A stretch of DNA of 64,000 bases from a virus (taxonomy: Duplodnaviria > Caudoviricetes): positions 1-64,000 of the IMG/VR virus record IMGVR_UViG_3300028048_000110; one strand, given 5' to 3'. Both the position numbers and the translations under genes were made by a program. The notes beneath the pieces were generated by a model. The model saw only the letters and a program-made list of their open reading frames with translations. It had not been told where the DNA came from and made no database searches. This document shows positions 9,378 to 17,966 of the stretch, one piece after another (position 1 is the first letter of the stretch; every line of letters starts with the position of its first letter).

Positions 9378-9782
9378 ATGGATGAGAAGATGAAAGACAA
9401 GATCATGGCTTGGCTTTTAGAGAGAAGTCATCTAGAGCCAAAGCTTTGGCTAAAGCCTAACTCTATGGACAGTCATTACTATGGGTTGACAACCGAATGG
9501 AAAGATGGCGGCAGATGGAAGACTGTTGAGGTCCAATTTTGGTCTACTGAGCCAAGAGGACACAACATATCTGTATTTGTCTTAGATGCTGATGGTGAGC
9601 AGGCGCTTAGCATATCTCTGCATGAAGGCTTAGATCTATTGATGACATCTGTGCAAAAGTCAAAAAGTCCAATATACTTAGCATATTTGGATGGCTCTGA
9701 AGTGAGCACAGTGTTCATTGACAACAAAGACAGCTATGAGAAGTTGGCAATTGAGTGTGATCTTCAAAGAGGAGAGAAGTAA
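9378..9782 (+). CDS. Array protein (DSYEKLAIECDL)
   Basis: 134 aa. Confidence 0.85.
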   Translation: MDEKMKDKIMAWLLERSHLEPKLWLKPNSMDSHYYGLTTEWKDGGRWKTVEVQFWSTEPRGHNISVFVLDADGEQALSISLHEGLDLLMTSVQKSKSPIYLAYLDGSEVSTVFIDNKDSYEKLAIECDLQRGEK

Positions 9783-9785
9783 TCT

Positions 9786-10145
9786 ATGGACAAAGCATGG
9801 CAGTTGTGCGTAGTTGATAGAGATGCTGTCGACTTAAGTAAAGCTCCAGAATTTGAGAAGATGCTTATGTCTGTGCAAGCGAAGTCACCATTTCCAAATG
9901 GCACGCCGGTGTTTGTTGTCACTTCAGAGCTTAAGTCATTCAAAAACTTAGCACAAGTGTATCAGACATTGACGTCTATTAGAAGATATGCTGTTATGAA
10001 TGGAATCTTGTTTTCATATGTGTGGATGCCAAAAGAGATGCACTATGGATGGATCATGCATGATCTATTAAGGCCAATTCTCACAGAAAGAGATGCGGTT
10101 GAGATGGAAGCAAAGTTTGGACTCAACTTAGAGGAGTTTGCATGA
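9786..10145 (+). CDS. Hypothetical protein with weak motif (DAVEMEAKFGL)
   Basis: 119 aa, in operon. Confidence 0.75.
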   Translation: MDKAWQLCVVDRDAVDLSKAPEFEKMLMSVQAKSPFPNGTPVFVVTSELKSFKNLAQVYQTLTSIRRYAVMNGILFSYVWMPKEMHYGWIMHDLLRPILTERDAVEMEAKFGLNLEEFA

Positions 10146-10564
10146 CATCTCTTGGCAAGAAGAGGCTATTGCACAGATGGATGGTAAGTCTTGGCATATA
10201 CTATGCAAAGATGCTCGAAACTAGAGAAGATGGCTTCTATGTGTTTGACTTGCTAGACAACAGCAAGACAAGCCATGCTGGATTCGGCTATGGCCCCACG
10301 CAGGACATTGCCATAGCATTCCACATAGAGAGCAGTGAGAAGCAAGCATGGAGCGCACAGCCTATGTCTATGCTTGACAATAGAGCACTAGCAGTCATGT
10401 CAACTTGCTTAGACAGGCAAGCATCATGGCAGACTATGTATGGGCCTATGTTTTTCTCTAGTGGTTTGCACACTCGAACAGCAATTGACCTAGCAGACTT
10501 CTCATGGGAGAAGTTGGCTGTCGACTTAGACTTAGCCGGTGAGATGGCAGTATGGACTGTGTAG
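10142..10564 (+). CDS. Array protein (FSWEKLAVDLDL); paralogue of 14189-14587
   Basis: 140 aa; shares DLLD..TS.AGF and FFSS.G with the 14189 ORF. Confidence 0.85.
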   Translation: MTSLGKKRLLHRWMVSLGIYYAKMLETREDGFYVFDLLDNSKTSHAGFGYGPTQDIAIAFHIESSEKQAWSAQPMSMLDNRALAVMSTCLDRQASWQTMYGPMFFSSGLHTRTAIDLADFSWEKLAVDLDLAGEMAVWTV

Positions 10565-10917
10565 ATCTAGAAGACTTGTGCAGTAGAGCTTTGAAGAAAC
10601 TTGGCTTAGAGCTTGTGCCAACAAAGAACAAAGATGGCACTGTTGCCTATTGGCAAATTGGCATCAAAAGACGTGGTCTCTTCCACCGCAACAGTTTTGT
10701 AGACTACAGCTGCGGTGGCAGCATGCTGTATGGCGCAATTGCTGCATCAATTGAAGAAGTTGCAAACATGCTGTTCAACTTGTATGACAAAGAGCTCAAT
10801 GCTCTGTACTGGAAGACATTCCATTGGATTGACAATGATGGAAACAGCAAGACTGCTGCAAACATATTTGCTGGAAAGAGCTTGTATGAAGCAGAGATAA
10901 TGCTAGACTTGGCATGA
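10552..10917 (+). CDS. Array protein (NIFAGKSLYEAEIMLDLA); paralogue of 14992-15351
   Basis: 121 aa. Confidence 0.85.
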   Translation: MDCVDLEDLCSRALKKLGLELVPTKNKDGTVAYWQIGIKRRGLFHRNSFVDYSCGGSMLYGAIAASIEEVANMLFNLYDKELNALYWKTFHWIDNDGNSKTAANIFAGKSLYEAEIMLDLA

Positions 10918-10959
10918 GGTGTTTATTCCAATGCACAGCAGTGATACAATGTTAATGTA

Positions 10960-11358
10960 ATGGACACTATAGATGAGACAAAAGGCAAGACATATCTCTT
11001 AGTTGGCTTGCATGGCTTCTTTGTCAGTGAGACTGATGAGATTGGCATTGACAAGCCAAATGACTTGGCATACATTGCACAGTCATTGAAGAGGATCTAC
11101 ACAGATGCAAGACCATTTGGGTTCATGCGCTTCTACAAGAGCAAAGATGGCAGCAAGCACTTCATTGACAAGGGGTGGATCTACATTGATGGCAAGCTCA
11201 AGACTAGAGAAGAGGTCCTTGTCCAGAATGATGTTGATGGAGAGCACAGCATCCTTGCATCAAACATGAAGACTAACAACATGGATGCTGTTGTCTTCTT
11301 CAGCAATGGCAAAGTGTATCCATTTGACTTAGAGAAAGACACTATGCTAGAGATGTAG
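10960..11358 (+). CDS. Hypothetical protein without the motif
   Basis: 132 aa; own promoter at 10942-10950; ends TAG-TGA. Confidence 0.8.
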   Translation: MDTIDETKGKTYLLVGLHGFFVSETDEIGIDKPNDLAYIAQSLKRIYTDARPFGFMRFYKSKDGSKHFIDKGWIYIDGKLKTREEVLVQNDVDGEHSILASNMKTNNMDAVVFFSNGKVYPFDLEKDTMLEM

Positions 11359-11660
11359 TGAGGAGCTTGTGCATGAAAAGAAGAATGGTGTTTGCAACAC
11401 ATGAGCCCGGTTCTGGCTTTGGTCCATTTGCTTATTCTGGTATCTTTCCAGATGACTTCTCTCTAGAGCTTGACCCTGAGACATGCACAATAACAGCCCT
11501 TGTCCACAAGTTCTTGACTTTGAAGGGAGGAGCATCAGAGCAGTTTCCATACCTTGTTGACCGAAGTGGAAAGAGAGTTGGCATCTACAACGAGTTGAAA
11601 GCAAAGAGCATTGCTGAGCTAGAGCTGCAGCTTGACCTGCGCAATCTTGTCTGGGAGTGA
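11358..11660 (+). CDS. Array protein (KSIAELELQLDL)
   Basis: 100 aa (ATG alternative at 11373). Confidence 0.8.
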   Translation: MRSLCMKRRMVFATHEPGSGFGPFAYSGIFPDDFSLELDPETCTITALVHKFLTLKGGASEQFPYLVDRSGKRVGIYNELKAKSIAELELQLDLRNLVWE

Positions 11661-11693
11661 AAAGAAGAAAGAAGAGAGCAAGGAGAAGCAAAG

Positions 11694-11756
11694 ATGAGTC
11701 CATTGTCAATAGCATTGATTGCTGTGGTTCTTTGGTTTTGGATATGTGATGACTAA
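11694..11756 (+). CDS. 20-aa hydrophobic micropeptide MSPLSIALIAVVLWFWICDD
   Basis: Long purine-rich leader with AGGAG; single TM-like segment; fills the intergenic gap. Confidence 0.5.
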   Translation: MSPLSIALIAVVLWFWICDD

Positions 11757-11780
11757 GATTCAGCACTAGCTACACAGCAG

Positions 11781-12206
11781 ATGGTGATGAAAACTAATAG
11801 CAAGATCAAAAAATGCAGTGGAAGCCTTATGCTAGATATTCTAGAGTGGTTTGGCTTTCGCTTGAAGCTTGCTTCTTATTCAAAGAGATGGCAGCTAGTT
11901 TGGAAGAGCAATGGCTATACTGTGTTCTTTGTCAGGAACTATGATGTCCCACCATTCAGAAGATATGAGAGTTGCTTCAGCTTAGAGACGAAGCCTAAGA
12001 AGTTGCTTAGCAACTGCTTTGCCAAGTTCTTAGGTGATGTTGAGATGTTTGAGCTTGAAACTGGTGATGAGACTGAGACAGACATCACATCCCTTGTTGG
12101 CCGGCTCAAGAATCCTCTCTTCGGATGCAAGAGCCTAGAAGAGATGAGAGTGAAGATTGACTTGCTAGGTGAGAACAAGGAGAAGGGAAGTCATGATGAC
12201 AGGTGA
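11781..12206 (+). CDS. Array protein (NPLFGCKSLEEMRVKIDLL)
   Basis: 141 aa; full motif. Confidence 0.9.
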   Translation: MVMKTNSKIKKCSGSLMLDILEWFGFRLKLASYSKRWQLVWKSNGYTVFFVRNYDVPPFRRYESCFSLETKPKKLLSNCFAKFLGDVEMFELETGDETETDITSLVGRLKNPLFGCKSLEEMRVKIDLLGENKEKGSHDDR

Positions 12207-12498
12207 CAAGCTTCTTCATGCTGGCATTGAGCGGCTTCTTGCACCTCTAGGGGTGGGACTCACATGGGCTGATGACACTTGGTGGCTCTGCAGCAAGCAA
12301 GACTCTAGCAAGCTTGCCAGTATGGAGTCAGTAGATGGGATAAGCATTGTAGGCTACAACAAGCTTGATGCACTACTTGATGAACTTTGCTCTGAGATTT
12401 CTGAGATCCTAGTAGATGACCACTCCGTGTTGAATCCATATCTTGGCTGCAAAAGTCTAGAAGAGATGCGAATAAGATGTGACTTGCTAGGTGCTTGA
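12193..12498 (+). CDS. Array protein (NPYLGCKSLEEMRIRCDLL)
   Basis: ATG at 12193 within track ORF 12169-12498. Confidence 0.9.
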   Translation: MMTGDKLLHAGIERLLAPLGVGLTWADDTWWLCSKQDSSKLASMESVDGISIVGYNKLDALLDELCSEISEILVDDHSVLNPYLGCKSLEEMRIRCDLLGA

Positions 12499-12510
12499 AA
12501 GGACTGCAAG

Positions 12511-12912
12511 ATGGACTGCACAGCTTGGACAGACAATCTAGGAAGCAAAGAAGCAGAGAGACTGCTCAAGAAGATAGGGCAGACTCTAGACTTTGAGTTG
12601 AAGCATGGTGAAGAATACTGGTTGTGGTATGAGACTACTAGATTGGTAGATGGTACGCATTTTGAGACTTCGGAAGCTGTGCGTTTTCCAAAAAGTTGTG
12701 GTGGACTTTGTGACTCTGCTTTTCTGAAGCCTAGTGGACTGCTGCAAGCTGTCTTGCAGACCCGCATCTTCAGAGTCACTGTGCATAGAGATTGCAAAAG
12801 ATGGCAAGAGAGCCACTTTGTCTTGAATCCTGTCTTCAATGTCAAGAGCCTAGAAGAGCTAGAGATCACCTTAGACTTGCTTGGAGAGAGGACTGCAAAG
12901 AATGGATGCTGA
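12511..12912 (+). CDS. Array protein (NPVFNVKSLEELEITLDLL)
   Basis: 133 aa. Confidence 0.9.
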   Translation: MDCTAWTDNLGSKEAERLLKKIGQTLDFELKHGEEYWLWYETTRLVDGTHFETSEAVRFPKSCGGLCDSAFLKPSGLLQAVLQTRIFRVTVHRDCKRWQESHFVLNPVFNVKSLEELEITLDLLGERTAKNGC

Positions 12913-13300
12913 AGACGCAAAGAAGAAGAGCAAGAACATGAGCAAGAAGAGTTTTGCTGTGGTTAGTTGGCAGCAAATCAAGAGAGCTTTGAAGCTGCTG
13001 TTTGCAAGAAAACTAGGAGCAGAGATACTTGAGATGCGGTTTATAGTCTCCTCATGGCCACCTAAATTTCCGAGCTTGATGGTGGTGTACGAAGATGAGG
13101 CTTGCAAAGAGAGCTGCTGCTCTCTACGGTGGACAGAAGACAAGACGTCTGTGCAAGTTGAGTCATGGCAGGATCTTGCTAGCACTCTAGAAGCTGGTGC
13201 TAGAGAAGGAAAGAGCTTTAGCGTAGGTCGAAAGACCGTGTTTGGTCCTGGAGACAGCATTGATAGCGCTTTAGTTGAAGCAGACTTGCTGTGTGGATGA
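12881..13300 (+). CDS. Array protein (DSIDSALVEADLL)
   Basis: 139 aa (likely start 12902). Confidence 0.8.
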   Translation: MERGLQRMDAEDAKKKSKNMSKKSFAVVSWQQIKRALKLLFARKLGAEILEMRFIVSSWPPKFPSLMVVYEDEACKESCCSLRWTEDKTSVQVESWQDLASTLEAGAREGKSFSVGRKTVFGPGDSIDSALVEADLLCG

Positions 13301-13316
13301 CAGAGAGGGAAGACAA

Positions 13317-13703
13317 ATGAATGACTTAGAGATGCTAGGAAGAAAAGTTGCTGGATCTGAGCCGCAAGCAAGGCAGTTAGTGCAAAGAGCTTTAGCAGTC
13401 TTAGGCTTTCGAGTTACCCATGATTCTTGGGGAATGTACATAGAGACAGTGGATGGAAAGCACGATGTCTTCTTTGCAGGTATGCCTGCCTTTTCATCAT
13501 CTTGGAGCAGTATTCTTGGGAAGCTAGTTGCTATAAGAGAGATTGGAGTAGAGACAACAAAAGAAGAATGGCCTTCAGACATAGAAGAAGACCGTGGAAG
13601 TGCAGACAGCAGCTTTAAGTGGACTAGCAATCCTTTCTTTGGGTGCAAGAGCTTTGAAGAGATCAGTGTGAAGCTTGACCTTATAGAAGAGAAGAGCATT
13701 TGA
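13317..13703 (+). CDS. Array protein (NPFFGCKSFEEISVKLDLI)
   Basis: ATG at 13317 within track ORF 13275-13703. Confidence 0.9.
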   Translation: MNDLEMLGRKVAGSEPQARQLVQRALAVLGFRVTHDSWGMYIETVDGKHDVFFAGMPAFSSSWSSILGKLVAIREIGVETTKEEWPSDIEEDRGSADSSFKWTSNPFFGCKSFEEISVKLDLIEEKSI

Positions 13704-13707
13704 GAAA

Positions 13708-14202
13708 ATGAACAGACTGACAAAGTACAGCATTCCAATCAAAAAGAAAGCAGCAATGCTTGACTGCATTCCAATCAAAAAGAAAGCGGCAATGCTTGAT
13801 TGGCTCTTTGGCCACAAGAAGATCATTGCCATAGTAGACACATCTGACTGCACGATGATGTTGTTCTGCCATGGCCAGTATCTTTGGAATGGCCAGGGAG
13901 AAACAATAAAGCTTCCAAATGCGATTTCACAACTAGAATGCTATTTTAGATGTGAAGGACTTATTAAGTACTACTATGTAGATTGCATAGTCAACGCAGT
14001 TGAATACAAAGCTAAGTGGCTAGATGCACTTCTTGAGCTGTCATTAAATGGATATCGAGTGATGCATGGATATGAAGTGCTTTTGCCAGCTAATGTCCAG
14101 ATGGAGAAGCTGCTCATAGACTTTGACCTTGCTCACCAAGATCACATCCCTTCAGGGTGTGATAGAGTTCACTTAGAAGGAGCAAGCAATGACAATGCAT
14201 GA
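13708..14202 (+). CDS. Array protein (VQMEKLLIDFDLA)
   Basis: 164 aa; contains a 36-nt tandem duplication. Confidence 0.85.
   Translation: MNRLTKYSIPIKKKAAMLDCIPIKKKAAMLDWLFGHKKIIAIVDTSDCTMMLFCHGQYLWNGQGETIKLPNAISQLECYFRCEGLIKYYYVDCIVNAVEYKAKWLDALLELSLNGYRVMHGYEVLLPANVQMEKLLIDFDLAHQDHIPSGCDRVHLEGASNDNA
13731..13802 (+). repeat. 36-nt tandem duplication (IPIKKKAAMLDC/W x2)
   Basis: cattccaatcaaaaagaaagc(a/g)gcaatgcttga(c/t)tg repeated head-to-tail with 2 mismatches. Confidence 0.95.
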
Positions 14203-14587
14203 AAAGACAAAGATATTAGTCAAGTGGATGAACAAGATAGGGGTGTTCTATGCTACACTGGACTTCATTGCTGAAGATGACTACTATACTATTGATCTTC
14301 TAGACAGCACTCGCACAAGCTATGCTGGATTCTGCTACTCTGGAAAGGGCACTCTAGTCGCATTCAAGATGCCATTCAGTGAGAAAGTTGCATCTTGGTT
14401 TCCGGATGTCACCATCAAGCAAGCAGCTAGAGAGATTGTGCAGACTCTTGATGACCAATCTAAGTGGTGCTTCGGTGATGGCGACATCTTCTTCTCATCA
14501 TCAGGTCCTGGAAGACTTTGGATAGACTTGCACAACTTCAGCTGGGAGCAAGTTGCTATTAACTTAGATCTATATAGAAGAGAATGA
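14189..14587 (+). CDS. Array protein (FSWEQVAINLDL)
   Basis: 132 aa; paralogue of 10142. Confidence 0.85.
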   Translation: MTMHEKTKILVKWMNKIGVFYATLDFIAEDDYYTIDLLDSTRTSYAGFCYSGKGTLVAFKMPFSEKVASWFPDVTIKQAAREIVQTLDDQSKWCFGDGDIFFSSSGPGRLWIDLHNFSWEQVAINLDLYRRE

Positions 14588-14588
14588 C

Positions 14589-15017
14589 ATGGTAAAAGTA
14601 AAGTTGAAGAGACCAAAGATGGAGCTTCTGTCTAGAGCACTAGACAAGATGAAGCTATGCCTTTCAGAAGTACGAGGTGATCTATATAGTGAAGATAAGA
14701 TTGACAGTCGTTGGCTATATCTAGTCCCAAAATGCTATGAACTAGAGGTCTCTTTGTGCAAGAAGATATGCTCTTTCAATGGAAAAAGGATTCTCAAAGA
14801 CTATTTCGTCCACGAGTGCTGTGGTTATTGCGGTGTCTTTCGAGGGACATCTGAGCAAGATGTCTTAGACAAGTTGTCAAGCATTGAAAAGCTGTTCTTT
14901 GAAGATCCAAGTGATCCAGATGCAACATGCACATTCAAGTCAATTGCATACCACAAGTCGCCAGAACAGCTAAAGATTGAGTTAGACTTAGATGGAGAAG
15001 ACAATGGACAGAGATGA
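14589..15017 (+). CDS. Array protein (KSPEQLKIELDL)
   Basis: 142 aa. Confidence 0.85.
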   Translation: MVKVKLKRPKMELLSRALDKMKLCLSEVRGDLYSEDKIDSRWLYLVPKCYELEVSLCKKICSFNGKRILKDYFVHECCGYCGVFRGTSEQDVLDKLSSIEKLFFEDPSDPDATCTFKSIAYHKSPEQLKIELDLDGEDNGQR

Positions 15018-15351
15018 GATGGAGACTGTCTGCACTAGAGCTCTTGCAAAGCTTGGCTTCAGGTTGATGCATGACACCGTTGGCAGCAGCTCTAGAGTCT
15101 ACCGCATCTTCTTTGACGACAACTCTGGCTTATTATATACCGTGTCATGCTTAGGGATGAACTTGGATTTCAAGAAGGAGTTTGCATCAATTGAAGACCT
15201 AGCATCATCAATGTTTGCAAGTCTAGATGGACAGCATGCACCATTGAGGACATTTGCGTACATGGTGTTTGGAGGTGACAGCTTTGTGGCAAATGACTGG
15301 TCATCAAAGACCATAGATGAAGCAGGAGTGCTGCTAGATATAGATAGTTAA
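14992..15351 (+). CDS. Array protein (KTIDEAGVLLDI)
   Basis: 119 aa; paralogue of 10552. Confidence 0.85.
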   Translation: MEKTMDRDEMETVCTRALAKLGFRLMHDTVGSSSRVYRIFFDDNSGLLYTVSCLGMNLDFKKEFASIEDLASSMFASLDGQHAPLRTFAYMVFGGDSFVANDWSSKTIDEAGVLLDIDS

Positions 15352-15367
15352 GTTTGGAAGTACGAAT

Positions 15368-15553
15368 ATGCAAGACTTTGCTTGGAACACATCACTGTTG
15401 GCAGAAGACAATAGTGAGAATGGTTGGCTAGAGCTGGCAAAAGCTTTGATGGAAAGTGCATCAATGGAAGAGTTCAACATCCGTAGAGACTTGCTCTCAC
15501 TAGATAGCATTGAGCAGAATGATGAAGATCCACAAGAGATGCCTTCTACTTGA
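15368..15553 (+). CDS. Minimal array protein (ASMEEFNIRRDLL)
   Basis: 61 aa. Confidence 0.65.
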   Translation: MQDFAWNTSLLAEDNSENGWLELAKALMESASMEEFNIRRDLLSLDSIEQNDEDPQEMPST

Positions 15554-15588
15554 GTTTAGTTCTTGAGACCATGGTGTACTATTGATAT

Positions 15589-16629
15589 ATGAAGTATGTA
15601 CAACCTAAGAGCTATGACTCTATAGATGCTTACAGCAGTGCAGACTATGTAGCTAAGCATGGATTCTTAGGGTGTGGATTTGATGGTGGCTATAGTGTTG
15701 CAGAAGCATTTATGGCAAAAGCGGCTGCATACAGCTGTCCACAGCTTGAGATTGATCTTGCTGTCAAAGGGATTGACATAGACAACATTTCAATTGAGAC
15801 ACTCTATGCTACACGCAGCTTAGACCATTGGTCTGTCAATGACATGTTTGAGAGAATCTTTGCGAAGTGTGTCTTCATGGGTTGGTTCTTCAATGGCTTC
15901 TTGAATGCATGTGCTGAGACAAAGTTCTTAGACAACTGGCTGTTGTCAGAGATTTTCATGTCAAATGTGCATGCCGGCAGCATTAGAGGGATGTGGGGCA
16001 TCATCTGCCACCATGAAAATGGGACAAAAGAGCCATATAGAAGTAGATTTAGAGCATTCATCAAGTCTTTAGACGACAGAGGGCTAGACTGGACAAAGAA
16101 GTATCTTGATCCTGACAATTTCTTTGGAAAAAAGAGAGGTGTATTGGCTATGAGCAGGCTTGAAGAAAAACAGATGCTTGATGCTGCTCTACAGAAATGC
16201 TGGAAGCTTGCAGCAAAGAAGATTCTTGATAAGGTCTGTGGACGTAAAATTGAGTCTATGTGTGTTGGATATGGATTAGATGTTGGATATGGACTAGGTT
16301 TTTACAATTCCGCAGTCATTGGAGATGCTGAGAACATATTCATATGCAATGTTGCATTCAGTTTTGGAGAAGCAAGGCGCATTATGATAGAGCCATCTAG
16401 ACACAATATGTCTAAACTGCACGCAATGGTTGATGTTGATGAGCTTGATGAGAATGAGTCAAAGTCAGTCATGCGAGCACTGTTCTATTCTAGCCGTCCA
16501 ATTGAACTCGTGAAGAACAGGTATGGAGCAACTGGAAAGTCAATTGCACCAAGCTCAATTCTAGATGCACTAGAGACAGTTGGCTTGTGTGCAGAAGAGC
16601 TGCTAGTGCAAAGTGACTTAAATAGATAG
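15589..16629 (+). CDS. Large array protein with C-terminal LCAEELLVQSDL and an internal motif-like YSCPQLEIDL
   Basis: 346 aa; ends in TAG, next TGA at 16675-16677. Confidence 0.85.
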   Translation: MKYVQPKSYDSIDAYSSADYVAKHGFLGCGFDGGYSVAEAFMAKAAAYSCPQLEIDLAVKGIDIDNISIETLYATRSLDHWSVNDMFERIFAKCVFMGWFFNGFLNACAETKFLDNWLLSEIFMSNVHAGSIRGMWGIICHHENGTKEPYRSRFRAFIKSLDDRGLDWTKKYLDPDNFFGKKRGVLAMSRLEEKQMLDAALQKCWKLAAKKILDKVCGRKIESMCVGYGLDVGYGLGFYNSAVIGDAENIFICNVAFSFGEARRIMIEPSRHNMSKLHAMVDVDELDENESKSVMRALFYSSRPIELVKNRYGATGKSIAPSSILDALETVGLCAEELLVQSDLNR

Positions 16630-16640
16630 AAGGAACAGCC

Positions 16641-17090
16641 ATGGTATACAAGTCAGAACTACTAGAGAACAACATGAAGAAAGACTTCAATGCTCGTATG
16701 GAGTTGTATCTCAACAGCAAGTCTATCCATGAGTATCTCGTTGAAAGAGACTTGAAAGGGCTCAACAAGTACAACTTCAAGCTATCTGATGAGTTTTTGT
16801 GGTGGTACATCTTGAAAGAAGAGTTTGGGATGTTTGTGCTAGGTGCATCACTAGCAGTAGTCTTAGGCATAGCTATTCCAGTGCTTCTCTACATCTGTGG
16901 ACTGTGGTGGGTATGGTCAATTGCTGTCGCTATAGTACTAGAGGCAATCGTGTCACTTTTCATTGTAGTTACGCTGAAGACAGTCAGCTGTCTCAGTGAA
17001 AAGCGTGTAGACTCACCAATAGACGGCAGCAGAGACTACTTTGCGCGTGTTGATGCCCAAATGTCATCAAAGCAGATGCCAAATGAGTAG
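16641..17090 (+). CDS. Membrane protein with N-terminal copy of the motif (KSIHEYLVERDL) and 2 TM helices
   Basis: 149 aa; two hydrophobic stretches. Confidence 0.8.
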   Translation: MVYKSELLENNMKKDFNARMELYLNSKSIHEYLVERDLKGLNKYNFKLSDEFLWWYILKEEFGMFVLGASLAVVLGIAIPVLLYICGLWWVWSIAVAIVLEAIVSLFIVVTLKTVSCLSEKRVDSPIDGSRDYFARVDAQMSSKQMPNE

Positions 17091-17592
17091 ACTAGTTGAA
17101 AGGCTTTTGAAGAAGCATGGTCTAGATGGAATCAGAATAGTCTTTTTTCTTGATCCATTCTCTAGCAGTAAGATAAAGTTGATGGCTGTGAAAGACAAAG
17201 ACAAAGCTACTATGTGGCAGACGAGATTTGACATACGGTGTGGAGCTGAGACAGATGAGATGCTGTGCAGCATATGGGAAGACTTAGTTGGCTCATGCTT
17301 AGACAGAATGGCTGTTTACCGCATAATTGACTTCACTCAAAAGATGTGGAAAGATCCACATTTTGCCAATGCAAGAGATGCCATTCTTGACATTGTAGAG
17401 AACAGGCTTCTAGAAGAATCTGCTGCTGGAAGAGCTATCAGTCTAGTTGATCAATTTGGAGACAATGTGCTGTTTGACCGTGCTGTATATGAGTTCATTG
17501 CTCCATTCAGCACAAGAGAGAGCTTGTCAATAGGCTTAGACTTAGAGGAGAGAGCAGATGTGGCCATTCAAGAGAGACAATGCCATAGTTGA
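17083..17592 (+). CDS. Array protein (STRESLSIGLDL)
   Basis: ATG at 17083 within track ORF 17041-17592. Confidence 0.8.
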   Translation: MSRLVERLLKKHGLDGIRIVFFLDPFSSSKIKLMAVKDKDKATMWQTRFDIRCGAETDEMLCSIWEDLVGSCLDRMAVYRIIDFTQKMWKDPHFANARDAILDIVENRLLEESAAGRAISLVDQFGDNVLFDRAVYEFIAPFSTRESLSIGLDLEERADVAIQERQCHS

Positions 17593-17953
17593 CAGCCGTC
17601 TTGTTGAGATGGCAAAGGTGTATGTTGACAGCAGAACACTTGAAGAGTTCTTTGTTGCTGTTGACTTGAAGATGCTGAAGCCGGTGTCGTGGTGGAAGTG
17701 GACTAACCCTTTTGTTGTTTTCCATGTGCTGAAGAGGAAGAAGGTGGGAAAGCTAGTCCAATTTGCATTTCCAACTATTGTATGTGGCATTGGCATTGCT
17801 AACATCATACTTAAAAGTCCTTTTGCCATTCTACTACTAGTCCAATGTGCAATGCTAGTCATGCAGTTTTGGATTGGCAGCAAAGAGATGGACGCTAGGC
17901 GAGCTATAAGCTATGTTGAGATAGAGAGGCTGAAAGAAAGACTAGGCATATGA
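17558..17953 (+). CDS. Membrane protein with N-terminal motif (RTLEEFFVAVDL) and 2 TM helices; paralogue of 16641
   Basis: 131 aa. Confidence 0.8.
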   Translation: MWPFKRDNAIVDSRLVEMAKVYVDSRTLEEFFVAVDLKMLKPVSWWKWTNPFVVFHVLKRKKVGKLVQFAFPTIVCGIGIANIILKSPFAILLLVQCAMLVMQFWIGSKEMDARRAISYVEIERLKERLGI

Positions 17954-17966
17954 CTGCATGAACTAC

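Larger units (their letters stand above)
3027..17953 (+). repeat. Tandem array of 30+ small paralogous/tagged ORFs sharing motif (NPxFG)xxS(L/I/F)EE(L/M)x(I/V/M)xxDL
   Basis: Motif read directly in the translations of nearly every consecutive + strand ORF (individual entries below). Confidence 0.95.
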
